The notes beneath the pieces were generated by a model that did no database searches, was not told where the DNA came from, and saw nothing but the letters and a program-made list of their open reading frames with translations. Shown here in pieces: positions 23,401 through 37,101 of a DNA stretch of 37,101 nucleotides. Each line of letters opens with the position of its first letter. The first letter of the stretch is position 1. Position numbers and translations under genes: made by a program. This stretch comes from Perkinsus olseni (Eukaryota): positions 62,001-99,101 of the forward strand of contig JABANN010000048.1 of assembly GCA_013115125.1 (NCBI GenBank). Direction: 5' to 3'.

Positions 23401-24240
23401 AACAAGGGATTATCCTCAACAACAGATGCCTCCTGAACAGCGACTCGTGGAGAATTGGTAAGAGGTTGCACTACTTCCCGCTTATGCATCGCACTTATTA
23501 TATCGGAATCCTCGATCCCAGCGAGCAGAAGGTCCTCGTCGATGACCCGAGGCTCAACAGGATTTGCTTTTCTTTTGCGCTCGGCCATCTACAAATACGA
23601 ATGCTATCTGCAGTACGTTCTACAGAGCTTCTACAGAGCTCACTTGAAGAGGCGGTGGTGAGAGGAAGGACTGCGAATATATGAGCCCCATCCTTTGCGG
23701 AGATCGCATCATCAACAATCCGGATGAGAAACTCACGACACTTCGAAGTGAAAGACGGACGAGCAACCATCCGAAACAAACGGCCGCGTCCACCACTACC
23801 GCTATCTTAGCTATCCTAGTCTCTCCGAACCTCGAAGCTGGGGAAGGTGGAGGTAGATGAGGATGTGTAGGGAAGCTGGGCTCCTCGTCCTCCTCTTCTT
23901 CCTCCTTTTCCTTCCCCCCCTCCACAACAGCAGGATCAATCGGCTGTGCTTCTAGAGGCATCTCTCCCTCCGGATGTGGTGAATGTGGGACTTCTCCAGC
24001 ATCCCCTTCCGTCACCGGGGGCGGCGCGGAGGCTGCGTCTCCTTCCGCCGGCACGGTGTTTGTGTCCACTTCACCAGCCACAACGCTTGTGTCCACTTCA
24101 GCAGGCAGTTCAGCCTCTGAAGGAACTGCAGCTGCCTCTTCTCCGGGAGGGAGTGCGTTCAAATCCACTTCTTGAGGCACTGGGGGTGTGTCCACAGTCA
24201 GTGGTGCTGGGGTTTCTTCATTCGAGGAAAGTGACGACAT
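20450..24240 (-). CDS. DRC3: Dynein regulatory complex subunit 3 (DRC3/LRRC48)-like LRR protein with an acidic Pro-rich N-terminal extension; 3' end uncertain
   Basis: [13 protein letters not shown]22-type LRRs ([51 protein letters not shown]), LKYLDYMLV, and a C-terminal helical region [13 protein letters not shown]...[10 protein letters not shown]. Confidence 0.8.
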
Positions 24241-24399
24241 TCACACCGGCGGAGCGAAAGCGTGAGTCACTGCGGATAAAAAGTAGTCTCGAGTACAAGA
24301 AATTGAGTAACTAACTCCAGCGCGGCAGCATGATGGTTGGAAACGTACGTCAAAGCTTGACGGGTGGTAAGGTAGTCGACATTGTAGTTGACCGCTTAT

Positions 24400-25990
<1,591 letters not shown>

Positions 25991-26130
25991 CGTCGGAGAC
26001 CGCTGCAAGCACTGGCAGTCGGCGCATTGCGATATCAAATTCAGAGTCCGGAACTCAACTCGTGGCAGATATAACGGAGAACACGCCATCAAAAGCGGCA
26101 AGGCATAGCATGGTGTCTTGAAGGACTGAA

Positions 26131-28943
26131 CTACTGTGGCCTTGGCGATGTACGCTCAGTATCTCGACCTTGGCATCCTGGTCGAAGTAGCTCGACAGTG
26201 ACAACTCTCCTAGACTTTATCCGCATCCTCCGTAACCGCGGAATGGTTATTAGCGTGGGAGTAAGCCCGCTCGCATCAGCGGCGGACTGCGAACCAGGTA
26301 CACCACGAGTTGGAGAATCTCGGGCTGTCTGAGGTGACTCGCCGAGATCGGCTACCTCTTGGACCTCAAGACTCATCCGAGCTGCAAGGGCACTTGATAC
26401 ACGGAAGCACTGGAGCTCCAGAGCTTACCGCTAATGGGTACGGTCGAATGAGTGTCGTTCATGCTTAGGACAACTTCTCTCGGGCTCGGCAGTAGTATAC
26501 TGAGGAGTGGAGACCGACGGTGTTGTAGTGGTACGAGGTTGTTGTAGTCCATGAACTTGCTGCCATCAACATTCTGTTCAGGGACCTACATCGCCAGACC
26601 AGGAAACCGGCGTCTAATAGTATAATTTTCTTCAATCTAAAAAGCGCAACCCACTCGTTTATCCCCGAATCCATCGAGGAACGATTTTCTGCGGCTTTGT
26701 GGTTTCTGCGCGCGCTCTCCAGCTGACTGAACAAGGCCTTGCACCACCGGAGAAATGATGTTCCGCTTGACCTGTCGTCTATTGCGAAATACGGTCTTCT
26801 TACCTGGCACACCTCAGCGACGGCTTCCAACTAACACGCAAATGGTAGTCCATTACCACTTTCCTGAGCTGGCGTGCCAGGCTTTCCAGAAGGCGACGGC
26901 TGCTGGTCCCCATCAGAATCTTCGGATGGCGTTCTGCTTCTCTGTCTACTCTCATTATGCAGCCTCCGGATTTTGAGTGCTCGGCCATGTGCATTATAAC
27001 TTAAGAGGGTGATGACCGAAGGCAGACATAACCAAAGTACTACCTTGTCGATCTGAACAACCTCCCAAGGTCTGCAGCGACTAGTTGGTCGACTCTGTCC
27101 GACGTAAAGATGCCGCGCGGAGGATGGTAATCCCGTAGGCATCCTACCACCACTCGACAAACTAAGAAATACCTGAGTGAAACCGGGACCATCCAAGGAA
27201 AGACGGGTCGACTCTAACTACAAGCTCTCGAACACATTCTGGTTGAGCAGGTTATTTCCTAAGACTGACCGTCCAGCCCGTCTCGTGCGGCCATGGCTTT
27301 CATTGCCTCGCTGCATGCCATCGTTAGGAGTACACATCCTCAGTATAAGTTTACAATATCTGTACACGAACCCATAAGCACAAGGTAAGTCGGACTTTAA
27401 CGTTCGACTTACAAACGAGACGCTTCCGCTAAGGCTTCCTCCACTCGGGCTGCCAATCTCATAGATTCCGCAGCCGGCAGGGCTCGAGGCGTATCAGCTC
27501 CGTTCGAGCGGTCAAGGTTTGAAGAGCAAGTGCCCCATCGAGATGGGCCGCGCGACAGGCAAGAACTACGCCCTCCGCAACACCGGAAAGTACCTTGGTT
27601 CGATATTTTAGCATCCGTTTACAGCGCTCAGATTGACAGAGGAAATTCATTGAAGTAAGCAGCGTTTCCTACAGGGCAAGGCATATCTACGGAGCACGCT
27701 ATGGCGCTCGTAGTTAATCAGGCTGAGGAGCCAGGGCACCATCACAGGAGACTTCGCCAACGCCTTGAAGGCACTCGGGATGCGTAAACGGTCGTCTTTG
27801 GCTCGATCAGCTCCTCTCATAATAGACAACACCTGATTTGCTGTATATATCACGAAAACGCGATCTTCGTAGTAGTGACTACCTGCTCCAACTTTGTCTC
27901 TACTTCCACCACCGCAACATCCCTCCTACGCAACCCGACTTTTCCAGTGGGGCCCTCGGCTGCCCGCGGAGCGAGTTGTAGTCCTACAACACGGCCCCTC
28001 GGCTGCTTCCCGATGGTGAACGTGGGCTCGGTCATCCAAACTGAGTACCAACCATGAACTCACGCCTTGAAGTTCAAAGCTTGAACGTATACGTCACAAG
28101 AAGATTGAGCGATTATACAATGTGCGCGAATAATCCCGATGCGACACATTCCACAACGCATAATCGCTGAACTTCCCATCTTCAGGCAAGTCGAGCGAGC
28201 TCTCAGAGATGCTGGATGAAAGTTTCGCTCACGACGAGCTGAAAACCCCTCAGGCAGCTAAATCGAGTAAACAAGCGGAGAGTCGCTGCGGAACCTTCGA
28301 TCCGTACACCATACACATCTCACTCAGGAGCAGGATCCGCCGTCGGAAACCAAACGCTGAGCGATGATTCTCATCAAGCGCCGAGTTCAAGAGAAAATGA
28401 TGAAGACGGCCTGACTTCGACTGCCGGGGATGAACTCGACACGGTACGCGTGGCCAAAGTGAAAATTCGCCCGGTTCGAGACATGCATCCCCTCGACAGA
28501 TCCACGTTTTGTAGTCCGAAGGTGTGTAGGTACGAACGAAAGTCGCCATGATTGAGACGAGGATTGGTAAAGGCGGACTCGGCACCATTGACTCGTGCGC
28601 GACGACACGGGAGTTCTTGCGTCGGAGTTCAATAGTGCGCAATAGCCTCGACGAAATCTTCAGGGACACTAGGTGGGAACGGCAAACGGAAGCGTGTCCG
28701 AATATGCAGCTTGTAACCGACGCTCTTCAGCTCATTAAGTGCCGATGCGTCGCCCAACGATTGCCGACGAGACGAAGACTTTAGTCCACGCCTAACTTGT
28801 AGTGAAGGTGAGCTGCGTAACTACCTAGCATGTTGGATTATTGTCCATTGTGGGCCTCGTTTTGTGACACCATGGCTTGCATATTGATCGTAATAATGGA
28901 TCAAAAGGTAGAAGATGGGCCCCAATATGACCATTGCTATCAT
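26131..28943 (-). CDS. Large multi-exon hypothetical protein (helical N-terminal half, disordered S/P/R-rich C-terminal half)
   Basis: Chain of open exons bounded by GT/AG on the minus strand (e.g. VSLKISSRLLRTIELRRK, VLSIMRGADRAKDDRLRIPSAF, PSEDSDGDQQPSPSGKP). No recognised domain; start uncertain. Confidence 0.5.
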
Positions 28944-29028
28944 GAGCAGTGCATCTCGCAACGTGGAGGCGGTAATGTGACGTGACTCATGTGATGATTG
29001 ACCCTAATATGAGCGCTACGGGCATGTC

Positions 29029-30247
29029 ATGACAACTCTTGTCTTATTGTGGTCGACCCAATGTAGCGGGGCGTCGACTGGAAACCAGCCGGGCATTCTC
29101 AAGGAACCGTGATGTTTCGAGGTGCACGTACTCCGGGCTCGCGGATTAGACGAGCAGATTCATGGACTGGGGCAGCTCGACGGGTATCTCTCTGTGCTGC
29201 TGATTCTAGCAGCGACAGCGAGCTGAGCCTAGGTGAGTTGGTGATCTTCGTCAAACATGCAGTCTAGGTGCTCTCAGGGAGTGAAAGTCGAACCCCATCG
29301 CGTCGACATCATGAGAAACGCAGTGAGTTCTCACGCTGCTAGGTGCTCCACGTTATTCCTGCTGGCTCAGAGACGAACCACTCTACCGAAGGAGATGATG
29401 GCATTCATGCCATGTAACGGTGACGTCTCTGTGAAGGGCTCAGGCTATTGCTCCTGACGTTAGGTACGAGAGTGCATTCGACCTCGACTGGAGTTCAGAA
29501 CCTGCAACAGCGGCACCTAGCAATAGTTTCAAGCCTTCCGGGTGGGCGGTAGAAGTCCGACGGAGCCGCGAAACGCGAAACGCGAATCGCCCGGATGATA
29601 CCCATGCTTCCTTGGCTCGCGAAGTTGAAAAGGTAACACAGGTAGATGAGTTGTTCATGCTTACAGCAGTAGACTCGAGTCCCCTGAGTATTGGCATGTC
29701 AGAGCTGCTCGACGGCACGAATCCCAGCTGGGAGCGCGGCTTCCGAAAGGTGAGCTTAAAGCAACTGTTCGTAAGGCTCGTGTGGGCACGACATCTGCAG
29801 GAGAGCACGTCCCGTGCTGCTGCATGCCCTTTTGTGGACTACCATGCTCATCTTCGGCACTGTTCTCCTGTGCAGTCTGATGATGATGGCGTATTGGTTG
29901 GGGATGCGCAGCGGTCTTCAAACGGCTGAGAGGTACGTGTTGGATATCAGGATTGCTTGGCTTCTGCCCTCGGGTACAGCCGAACGGGAAGTGAAATCTT
30001 TGCTGCCATTCTGGCGTTAGCGGGTGCTTACCCTGATCGTATAGAATGCGACTTGAACATTATGTGAGCCGCCCTTGGCTGAAGCCAAGAGCTTTCTCGT
30101 AGGTGGTGCCACAGGTCTCGTCTTGATGACCTGCTGCTTGAGCGCGTGAGTTCCACGGAGCTCTGAGTGAAGGATATACCCGGCGCTCCAATCGTACACT
30201 ACAAGAATAGAATCCTGGCAATAACGCAGCAATTGCTTCCTTTATAA
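29029..30247 (+). CDS. Hypothetical protein with a disordered N-terminus and probably two C-terminal TM helices
   Basis: Exons encode LLHALLWTTMLIFGTVLLCSLMMMAYWLG and IFAAILALAG|GATGLVLMTCCL. Boundaries approximate. Confidence 0.45.
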
Positions 30248-30402
30248 CTCCGATTCACAACTGTAATATCATTGTGATTCCGTGACAAGGCTAGCGTTGA
30301 CAGAATAGTTGACCTGATCTCTCGCGGATCTCACACGACACGGGATAGCTTACACAATATATCGTATGCTCCCAACAGCAAGTCTTTCAAATTCACAATC
30401 AC

Positions 30403-33302
30403 ATGGCCCGTCGTCCAACAGATCTGGCCGGTGACCTAGTTTTCCAGGAGGGGAAAAAGGTTGAAGGAGAGTGAGGGGCTCCTCGTTCGATGAATTCACA
30501 TCATCCGACGTTTGTGTTGCCCTAGATACTATATAGTCTCCGTATATGACGACCCCGAGCTCTCGCGAATTCATTTCGCTGCCTATGAGCTCGAACGGGA
30601 CCTCACCTACACTCTGACATACACATATTCCGACTTTGATGAGCTATTTAGGTAACCCCGCAGTCGTTTTCTAGTTTAGGCATCATTCTAGAGATTGTAT
30701 GTTTTGAAGATTCAATGCCGAGTTGATGAACCCGAATAACACTGATGCGAGGTTTCACTGGGTTGTCGAACGTCTCGACTTCATCGTGCAGGACTACCTC
30801 GGGAACAAGGTGAGATCCCTCCCGAGTGAGCTGCATCGAGTGCAACATTACCCGGTACTATGCCTCGCCCCTGAACCCACAGCTATCGGAGAGATTGACA
30901 TGGCTGTGGAAGTTGATCCGCGGCAGGAACGAAAATCTCGGCAACAGGATGGTGAGAAATCAGGCCGCCTTGAGCAAGGTACGCTGAGATCTGCGGTCAG
31001 GCTCAATCCCCGCCGATCCTGAGGGGTCTAAGCTGGACCCTGCTCTGAGGTGACACCTGCGAGTGGTGTGGAGCATATTCTGTCATCGCAGGCAACAACT
31101 TCAGAAGGAGTTGCTCAAAATGGACGATTCTAGCCTCCACGTGAATATGATGAAAAGCGAGGGTGTTCGGAAGCAAGTGAGCTTACCTCATTGATGTGAT
31201 CCCTACAGTAGAGCCCTCTCCCCAGTTTCTAGCCGACGTGCAGAGCAAACGCAAGCTTGAGCAGCTGAAGGCTGAACAGAGATTGATCAAGTTAGATGAA
31301 GACCGAGCCAATCGGTTGGCCAAGGTCGACCTTTGTATGAATGGCGGGATCCGTACCTCACGAGTATTCAGATGCAGTTGGAGAACAAGCTTATGCAGCA
31401 GAAGGCATTAAAGTATAAGACCGAGTCCGCGAATAGAACGCAGCTCGTGGGGGAGTTAGAGAAACTGATGAAAAAGAAACAACAAGAGGAGGTGAGGACG
31501 TGGCAATCTTTGTTTGACGAGTCGAGCGCAAAGGGGATTGTTACTCAGGTTCGTCGACTACTTCGAGAGAAGGTGGCTGCGGAAAAGGATAAGCAAATAA
31601 GAACCGAGAACGCCCAGGGTCGTCAGCAAGTAGCCTGTTGTTCGAGCGTCGCAATATTTTGGCCCGGCGCTTGGTCAGTGGCTGGCCGTCACTCCAATGC
31701 AACTCTCAATCGACTGATTTTGAGGTTCTCGCGAGCACTCATCTGCTCAGTTTAAAGAGTCGCGATTGCGCGAAGTCCGGGCTAGAGAACTTGAGCGAAA
31801 GGTGACGCTAGATGCTCGCAGGGCTGAGGTAGAGGAGCACTCTCGTATTCTGATCTCCCGAAGTTCATCGTAGGTGAACTTGCAAAGGGCCAATCTGTTG
31901 AAACAATTGAGCAAGCAGATCGTGGATGAACGGCAGCGACAAATAGATGTTCAAGTAACCTACGATTCGGAACCTCCGAATGTCTCTTTCCCGAGCAAAA
32001 ATTCCCCGGACGTTTCTCCTTTGCTCAGGTTCGACAGACGCAGTACTTGGCAGAGCGCCGTAAGAAACGTATCCAATCGCTGGAGTTGGAGTGCCACGAC
32101 AGGGCCGTGGCTAAGCAGGAGAAAGCAAACGCATGGGTGTGGCAAATCGTGGCCAGTTGATCATCATAGTTGCTATCTAGGAGCGCGTAGAAGAGTCGAG
32201 GGTCAATAACGAAGCAATAAGAGAGCGTTATCGTCGGCAGCGAGAGAGAAAGCATATCATTGAGGTGAACATCCGGTGGCTTGGAGCATAGAATTCTTAG
32301 TTGAACTGCGTGCTCGACAAAAGTGATTCACTACCTTGCGTCATCAGGAAGTCAAAGAATCTTTCTTGCGTAAGGAGGCAGAGCTGATGACCGCTACCAA
32401 ACTGCGCAGAGATGAAAAGCTCAAGGCTGCTCGCACGGCCGCCCAGGAACGTGCACAGGCTAAGGAGCGACTGGCAATAGTCGACACCGTAAGGCAGCGT
32501 AATATAGAATTGAAGGAGGAGAATCGTGAACGGCGGGTGAAAGAGCAGACATGGCTGAGAGATACGCAAATGGCTGGCGTGGACGATCTTCTACTCCCGC
32601 AAGAAGCTAGAGAGGTAACGCACGGGGTAGCAGGGCCTTGGTGGATAGGTGCTAGTTCATTCAGCCTGAACCTAACGAAGGCGACATGCCGGACGGCGAG
32701 AGCCAGGATCAAGCCTTGAATGTTTCTGAAGAGCTCAAGGATCCCGAGGAGAAGAGGCACGTTGTCTACGCTGCTCCGCAAGATGAACATCCGCTTGGGG
32801 CTCCGCTGGTAGGTTCGTAGATGATGCGAAGCGAGAGGGCCGACGCAAAGAGAGAGAAGTAGCGAGCGATAAACGGAAGTTCGAAGACGAGAAAACCTTA
32901 CAGAAGAGCATGAGATATAAAGAGATGGAGGAAGTTCGGAGACGTGAGTTGCGGCGCCGAGATTGTGGTCACAGTTTACGCTGTGCTTAATAGTACAAGC
33001 CTGGAAAACTGACGAACTGGAGCGTAGAGAGAGGAACGCCGCTGTTCGTTTTGAAAAGGAGAGACGCCGCGACGAGGCCGCCCGGAAAGTGGCAGCCAAG
33101 CAGGTGAAGCGAGCCCCTCATCAAAACTCGATAACAAAATGTTCTCTTCTGCTTTGAGGTATCCGACTACGAAACCACAAAACATCTGGAACAGGTCCGA
33201 GGTCAAAAGGAGAGTGAGCGGGAGGCTACTCGCAATCGTGAACTCCGAAAAAGGTTGCGATCTCTGCCGAGCGGCTTAGCTGTCCCATCTCTGGTTGCAT
33301 GA
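30403..33302 (+). CDS. Protein with a globular N-terminal domain followed by a long charged (E/K/R) coiled coil
   Basis: Spliced N-terminus MARRPTDLAGDLVFQEGKKVEGEYYIVSVYDDPELSRIHFAAYELERDLTYTLTYTYSDFDELFRFNAELMNPNNTDARFHWVVERLDFI, then E/R/K-rich exons ending PSLVA*. Confidence 0.75.
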
Positions 33303-33539
33303 CTGCTGGGCTTTACTCGTCTGGGATGATTCGAGTTTGATAATGTAACAGTTATAGTATGTCTCACACAGTGATGTGACGGTTAAATTAACTCGCAGAT
33401 CTTCCAACGTAAGAAGTTTGCTACTGACATCTGATACATAATTTGCGAAGACTTCGTAGAACTTCGTAGATCTTCGTTCAATGCACAAATAATTTGCCAC
33501 AAAGGCATTCTATAGAAACAGAACAATCTCTTAAGATAT

Positions 33540-35584
33540 CTACAGGATCATCGCTGAGAGATCTCCAGTAGCACGGAAAGTCTTATCCGCGAAGGCCCCC
33601 ACGCCTGGGTTCCGGAATACCCTTGCACTCGAACTCGTTCGGGACAATAGTCGCCATATACTCGTAGAGCGAGTCGTAGTTGCAGAGGGACCTGATTTAG
33701 GAGGTCTCCAACTAGTTACAGGAGAATGAGACAGGTTGCGAGTCGCGAAAATTGAAGTCTATAATACGCCTTTAACGGTGGATTGTAACTTACTTGCCAC
33801 GACACTCTTCAATGGCTTCAACAGAAGTCACACGACCGTTATAAATCCAACGGGTCTGATTATCGGAGTAAATCTCTAGCACCAGTGTGGTACCGAATGG
33901 AGGCCAGTACTTTGCGCAGGCATTACCAGAATCCAACCCTGAAAAATCAAATCGGAATATGAGTTTCGATGAGCTCCTACATGTCAATTTGAGGGTGTCG
34001 GTGAGGGAGTTGGCCGGACCAGTGTCGTGACCAAGATACAACGAGAAGCGCCTCCCGGGGATGCTTAAATCATCAAGGATATCCTGAGGGGGATGATTAT
34101 ATTGCACAGTGCCCAGGCTCACACCGCACGGTTTGCCGCATCGGTTTCGGTGGGACAATTTAACTTACTCCGATCAGAGGTCCGTAAGCGAGTCTCTTCA
34201 ACTCCTCCGTGGTGCCATAACGGTTGTTCAACCAAAACCTATGGTAAAGAAGATGAGCGCCACATCTTATGGCGGCCGCAGTGCCCACGTAGCATCCTCC
34301 TCGACGCGCTCGAACAGAGGACTAGATGTACCAAGTCCGAGCGGCACATTCTTGGGCTCGCTAGGAACGGTTGAGCAAACGTGGCTAGTCATGCAGTCCT
34401 AAGAAGCAGGTCAGTCACAAGAGGGCTTCACTGTCGTTGAACGACTCACGTAAATTCCGGAGTAGAGAGGCTCCATATCCCGAGGATCATTAGTGCTGAA
34501 GTCCTCAGGGCGACCGGTAGTTATTCCCATGAAAGCGCGCTCGAATTTAGACCTGTCTACACGATCCTTAGCCTCGGGCGAGTCGTAGAACTCATTCAGA
34601 GCGTCATTCAGACGAGGACACACCTGAGAGGCAACATTGTCGACCGCGCATTTCTATTATCTGTGCCACGAGTACCCACCTTAGCACTCGGAGTCAAAGT
34701 ATCTCTCTGGCTGTCGGGGATGATGATTTTGAGTCCAGATGCATCCTCTGAGAGAAATCGAATGAATAAACGCACGTCTCCAATAGATGGACGAGTGACT
34801 AGATGCACTCCCGGAAATCCTACCACTAGTGATCTCTGGGAACATCCCCATAGCGAAAGCCTCTACGCTCTGGTACACACGCGGCACGTCGGTTGAACGG
34901 AACATTACCTCTGGCTCACTCGGAACCTGATACACGGAGGAACAAAACACTGATGACCAATTGACAAAAAGACGCGAGATGTACCTCTTCCAAGCCCAAA
35001 GCGGCTTTGTATGTGGCGCCGAGCTGTTTTCCATTAGCGACGTGCATCTGAACCCCAGCGTCGACGAGTTGGCCTGAGAAAGATAGGCTACAGACTAGAA
35101 GACGGCCAGAATAATAACCCACCCAAGACACAGTTATCCCCTGGCAACACACCCTCCTTGCCGCGAATGCGAGTGAAACCGGGCGATCGTCCGGCTGAAG
35201 GGCTGTTGGTGAAACCATAGAAGGTTTCAGTCGGACAAGTGAATCTGAAAAGCGAACGTTCCTCTTCTCTATGCCTAGCTACTCTATCCGACGCTACCTC
35301 GTCTCATCACCGACCCAACAGGTCATGTCATGGACAGGAGTACGAGCCCCGTGGCGTGCGAATATAAGCACCCGTTCCTGAACAGAAGAAGCGATGAACG
35401 CGGGGGCAGTTCTCCATTTTGAGACTGACGTTGTTACCAGCTGAGCATCAGATCCATCCTCACGCGGAGGAACATCGTCCCATTGGATCTTGGGATGACA
35501 GTAGTAAGTAGGCTCGTCCTCGGGGAAACGATGCGCTTCTGTAGCAACTAGTGCTCCGATTAAGCTCAGTACTACTGTTCTCAT
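33540..35584 (-). CDS. Secreted/lysosomal histidine acid phosphatase (His_Phos_2 branch)
   Basis: Signal peptide MRTVVLSLIGALVATEA, catalytic RHGARTP, GQLVDAG, FRSTDVPRVYQS, LYLGHDT (HD motif) and WPPFGTTLVLEIY. Confidence 0.92.
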
Positions 35585-35758
35585 TTAGGGACCAAAAAGC
35601 TGCAGACAGATACTTCTTAGAAAACTCTTCAAGAGAGGAGCCAAATTTTCATTCTTCGCAGTCCTAAAAATCGATCAGTCATTGTCCTCTGGAGAACAGA
35701 TCATTGAAACTGCATCACGGAAGGGTCCTACGTTCGAGAGAAACGTAGCGAGGGGGCC

Positions 35759-36378
35759 TTAGCTTAGCGCGCCTGCCGCGATCGATGCGATGTCGGCGCA
35801 GTTCGGTTTCGATTCACCAAGAAACCTGTTTCGAGGTCCACGGTCTGGATAAGGTCGGATCCCTACGACGCACACTTCCTCTTCATCTTGCCGGACTCCC
35901 AGGCAGCTCCAAAAGCGAGGCTGGGATCTCAGACGTTTTAGCGGCTTGGCAGGGACAACGCGACACGACCGTTGCACCGAGAAGCTAGCCATCTCAGTAT
36001 TAGACGCAACCCTACAGTGCTACGGATCGGAATTGGCGCACGAGTCGGTTCACCCGGCGAGCCAAGAGATGTACGCCTCCGTAGATGCATGCTTCTAACT
36101 GACTGAATCTAGTGAATTGAGAGTGAAGTCGCCAGTCTGTTCCGACTCGTGGCTTGAATAGGTCTACTATCAAGCCAAGAACTTGTTCGAGCCAAGGAAG
36201 ACAGATCAGAGCTCTGGGCGGATTCCATCTAACTCGAACGTTAACCACGTTACAGTCTACCTTGCCAATTTACTGCCAACAAAGTACTTCTCCTGATACT
36301 GAAGCGTTTTCAAATGCGAGCCTGAAGCTCGTTCAGCAGTATCTCACCGCCCTGTGCGCTGCAGGCTCCAACCCACAT
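35759..36378 (-). CDS. Possible small multi-exon hypothetical gene
   Basis: ATG 36378 sits about 20 nt after a TAG acceptor-like site; splice-like sites and a 77-codon terminal ORF (35759-35992) follow. Reading frame not resolved. Confidence 0.25.
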
Positions 36379-36420
36379 AACGAAAATAGTTATTCCTATA
36401 AGTCAATAAGGTTCAAAAAG

Positions 36421-37101
36421 CTAAGGATTCCGCGGACTGAAGGATAACAGGCTATCTATTTCTTGCTCGAAGTATTCTCGCAGCACCTGACATCAAGTAT
36501 GCATGCCACGAGGATATCCGCCCCGCCGAGGCTTACATCGGCGCTTATGTGTGCCTTGTCGGTGAAAATAGCCAATCTCAACTGAAGAGATGAACTCGGG
36601 AGGAGTGCGAAAACAATCGCGCAAGGAGTGAAGGGTCTCACCTCGTTCTGATAGCTGACAGCCACGACGCCGTTAGCATTGTTCATATAGCCTACGAGGG
36701 AAGTTACCGATCGGCCGCAGAGTGCACGTTCAGCGCTGGGTCCGGGTACGTTGGAAAGACACCAAGATTTCCCAGACTCATATTTAGGGCCCACCAACCG
36801 CGCGATTGTGAGTGTCCTCAACAAGGGCCAGTTGCACGCCCAAAGTGCGAGGTATGATAGGACAGCCCCTGCGAAAGAGAAGACTTGAGACCAGGCCGTG
36901 CAACGGGTCATAGCACCTATCATCAATGGAGAACGCTTCAGCTGCTGCGTAGCATTCTGTACAGCAACAATCCTGTCGAGAGCATGGTGCTCGGCAACAG
37001 GTAAGGGAATCTGAACCCAAGAGAGCAGTGTAAAGGGGACAATTATTGTGTACCACTAAGATCTGCTCTATCGATCATTCAGCGTAGCGTAGCTATGTAA
37101 C
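36421..37101 (-). CDS. C-terminal part of a wax ester synthase/diacylglycerol acyltransferase (WS/DGAT); 5' end lies outside the window
   Basis: IPLPV...LDRIVAVQNATQQLKRS, LSNVPGP, AVSYQNE|LRLAIFTD and VLREYFEQEIDSL fit the WS_DGAT_C pattern; stop TAG at 36421-36423. Confidence 0.8.

Noticed and set aside
28991..29080. GTGATGA box-C-like word in an intergenic region
   Set aside because: No CTGA box D or terminal stem within snoRNA range.
30350..30848. Two short minus-strand ORFs (30350-30574, 30648-30848)
   Set aside because: The plus strand gives a coherent spliced protein over the same interval.
32344..33099. 251-aa minus-strand ORF
   Set aside because: Antisense to the E/K/R-rich coiled-coil exons; S/L/F-rich shadow.

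Overview
Gene-dense eukaryotic (protist) DNA of roughly 50% GC with many short GT-AG introns (mostly about 40-60 nt) and intergenic gaps of about 140-250 nt. The architecture suggests a Perkinsus-like alveolate (inference). Manual splicing gives about 17 genes in five co-oriented blocks. Minus: RING-like gene (cut by the window edge), G-patch/Zn-finger protein, two tandem intronless LEA_2/DUF3712-like membrane proteins, CSE1/exportin-2. Plus: DGAT2-type acyltransferase, alkaline ceramidase with an apparent frameshift, PKD2-like channel. Minus: two unknown genes, DRC3/LRRC48 with an N-terminal extension, KRR1, one large unknown gene. Plus: an unknown membrane protein and a long coiled-coil protein. 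Minus: secreted histidine acid phosphatase, a possible small gene, and the C-terminal part of a WS/DGAT. I saw no rRNA, tRNA, CRISPR array or transposon. Most ORFs in the supplied track are exon fragments or antisense shadows. Exon boundaries were inferred by eye, so some gene ends are approximate.
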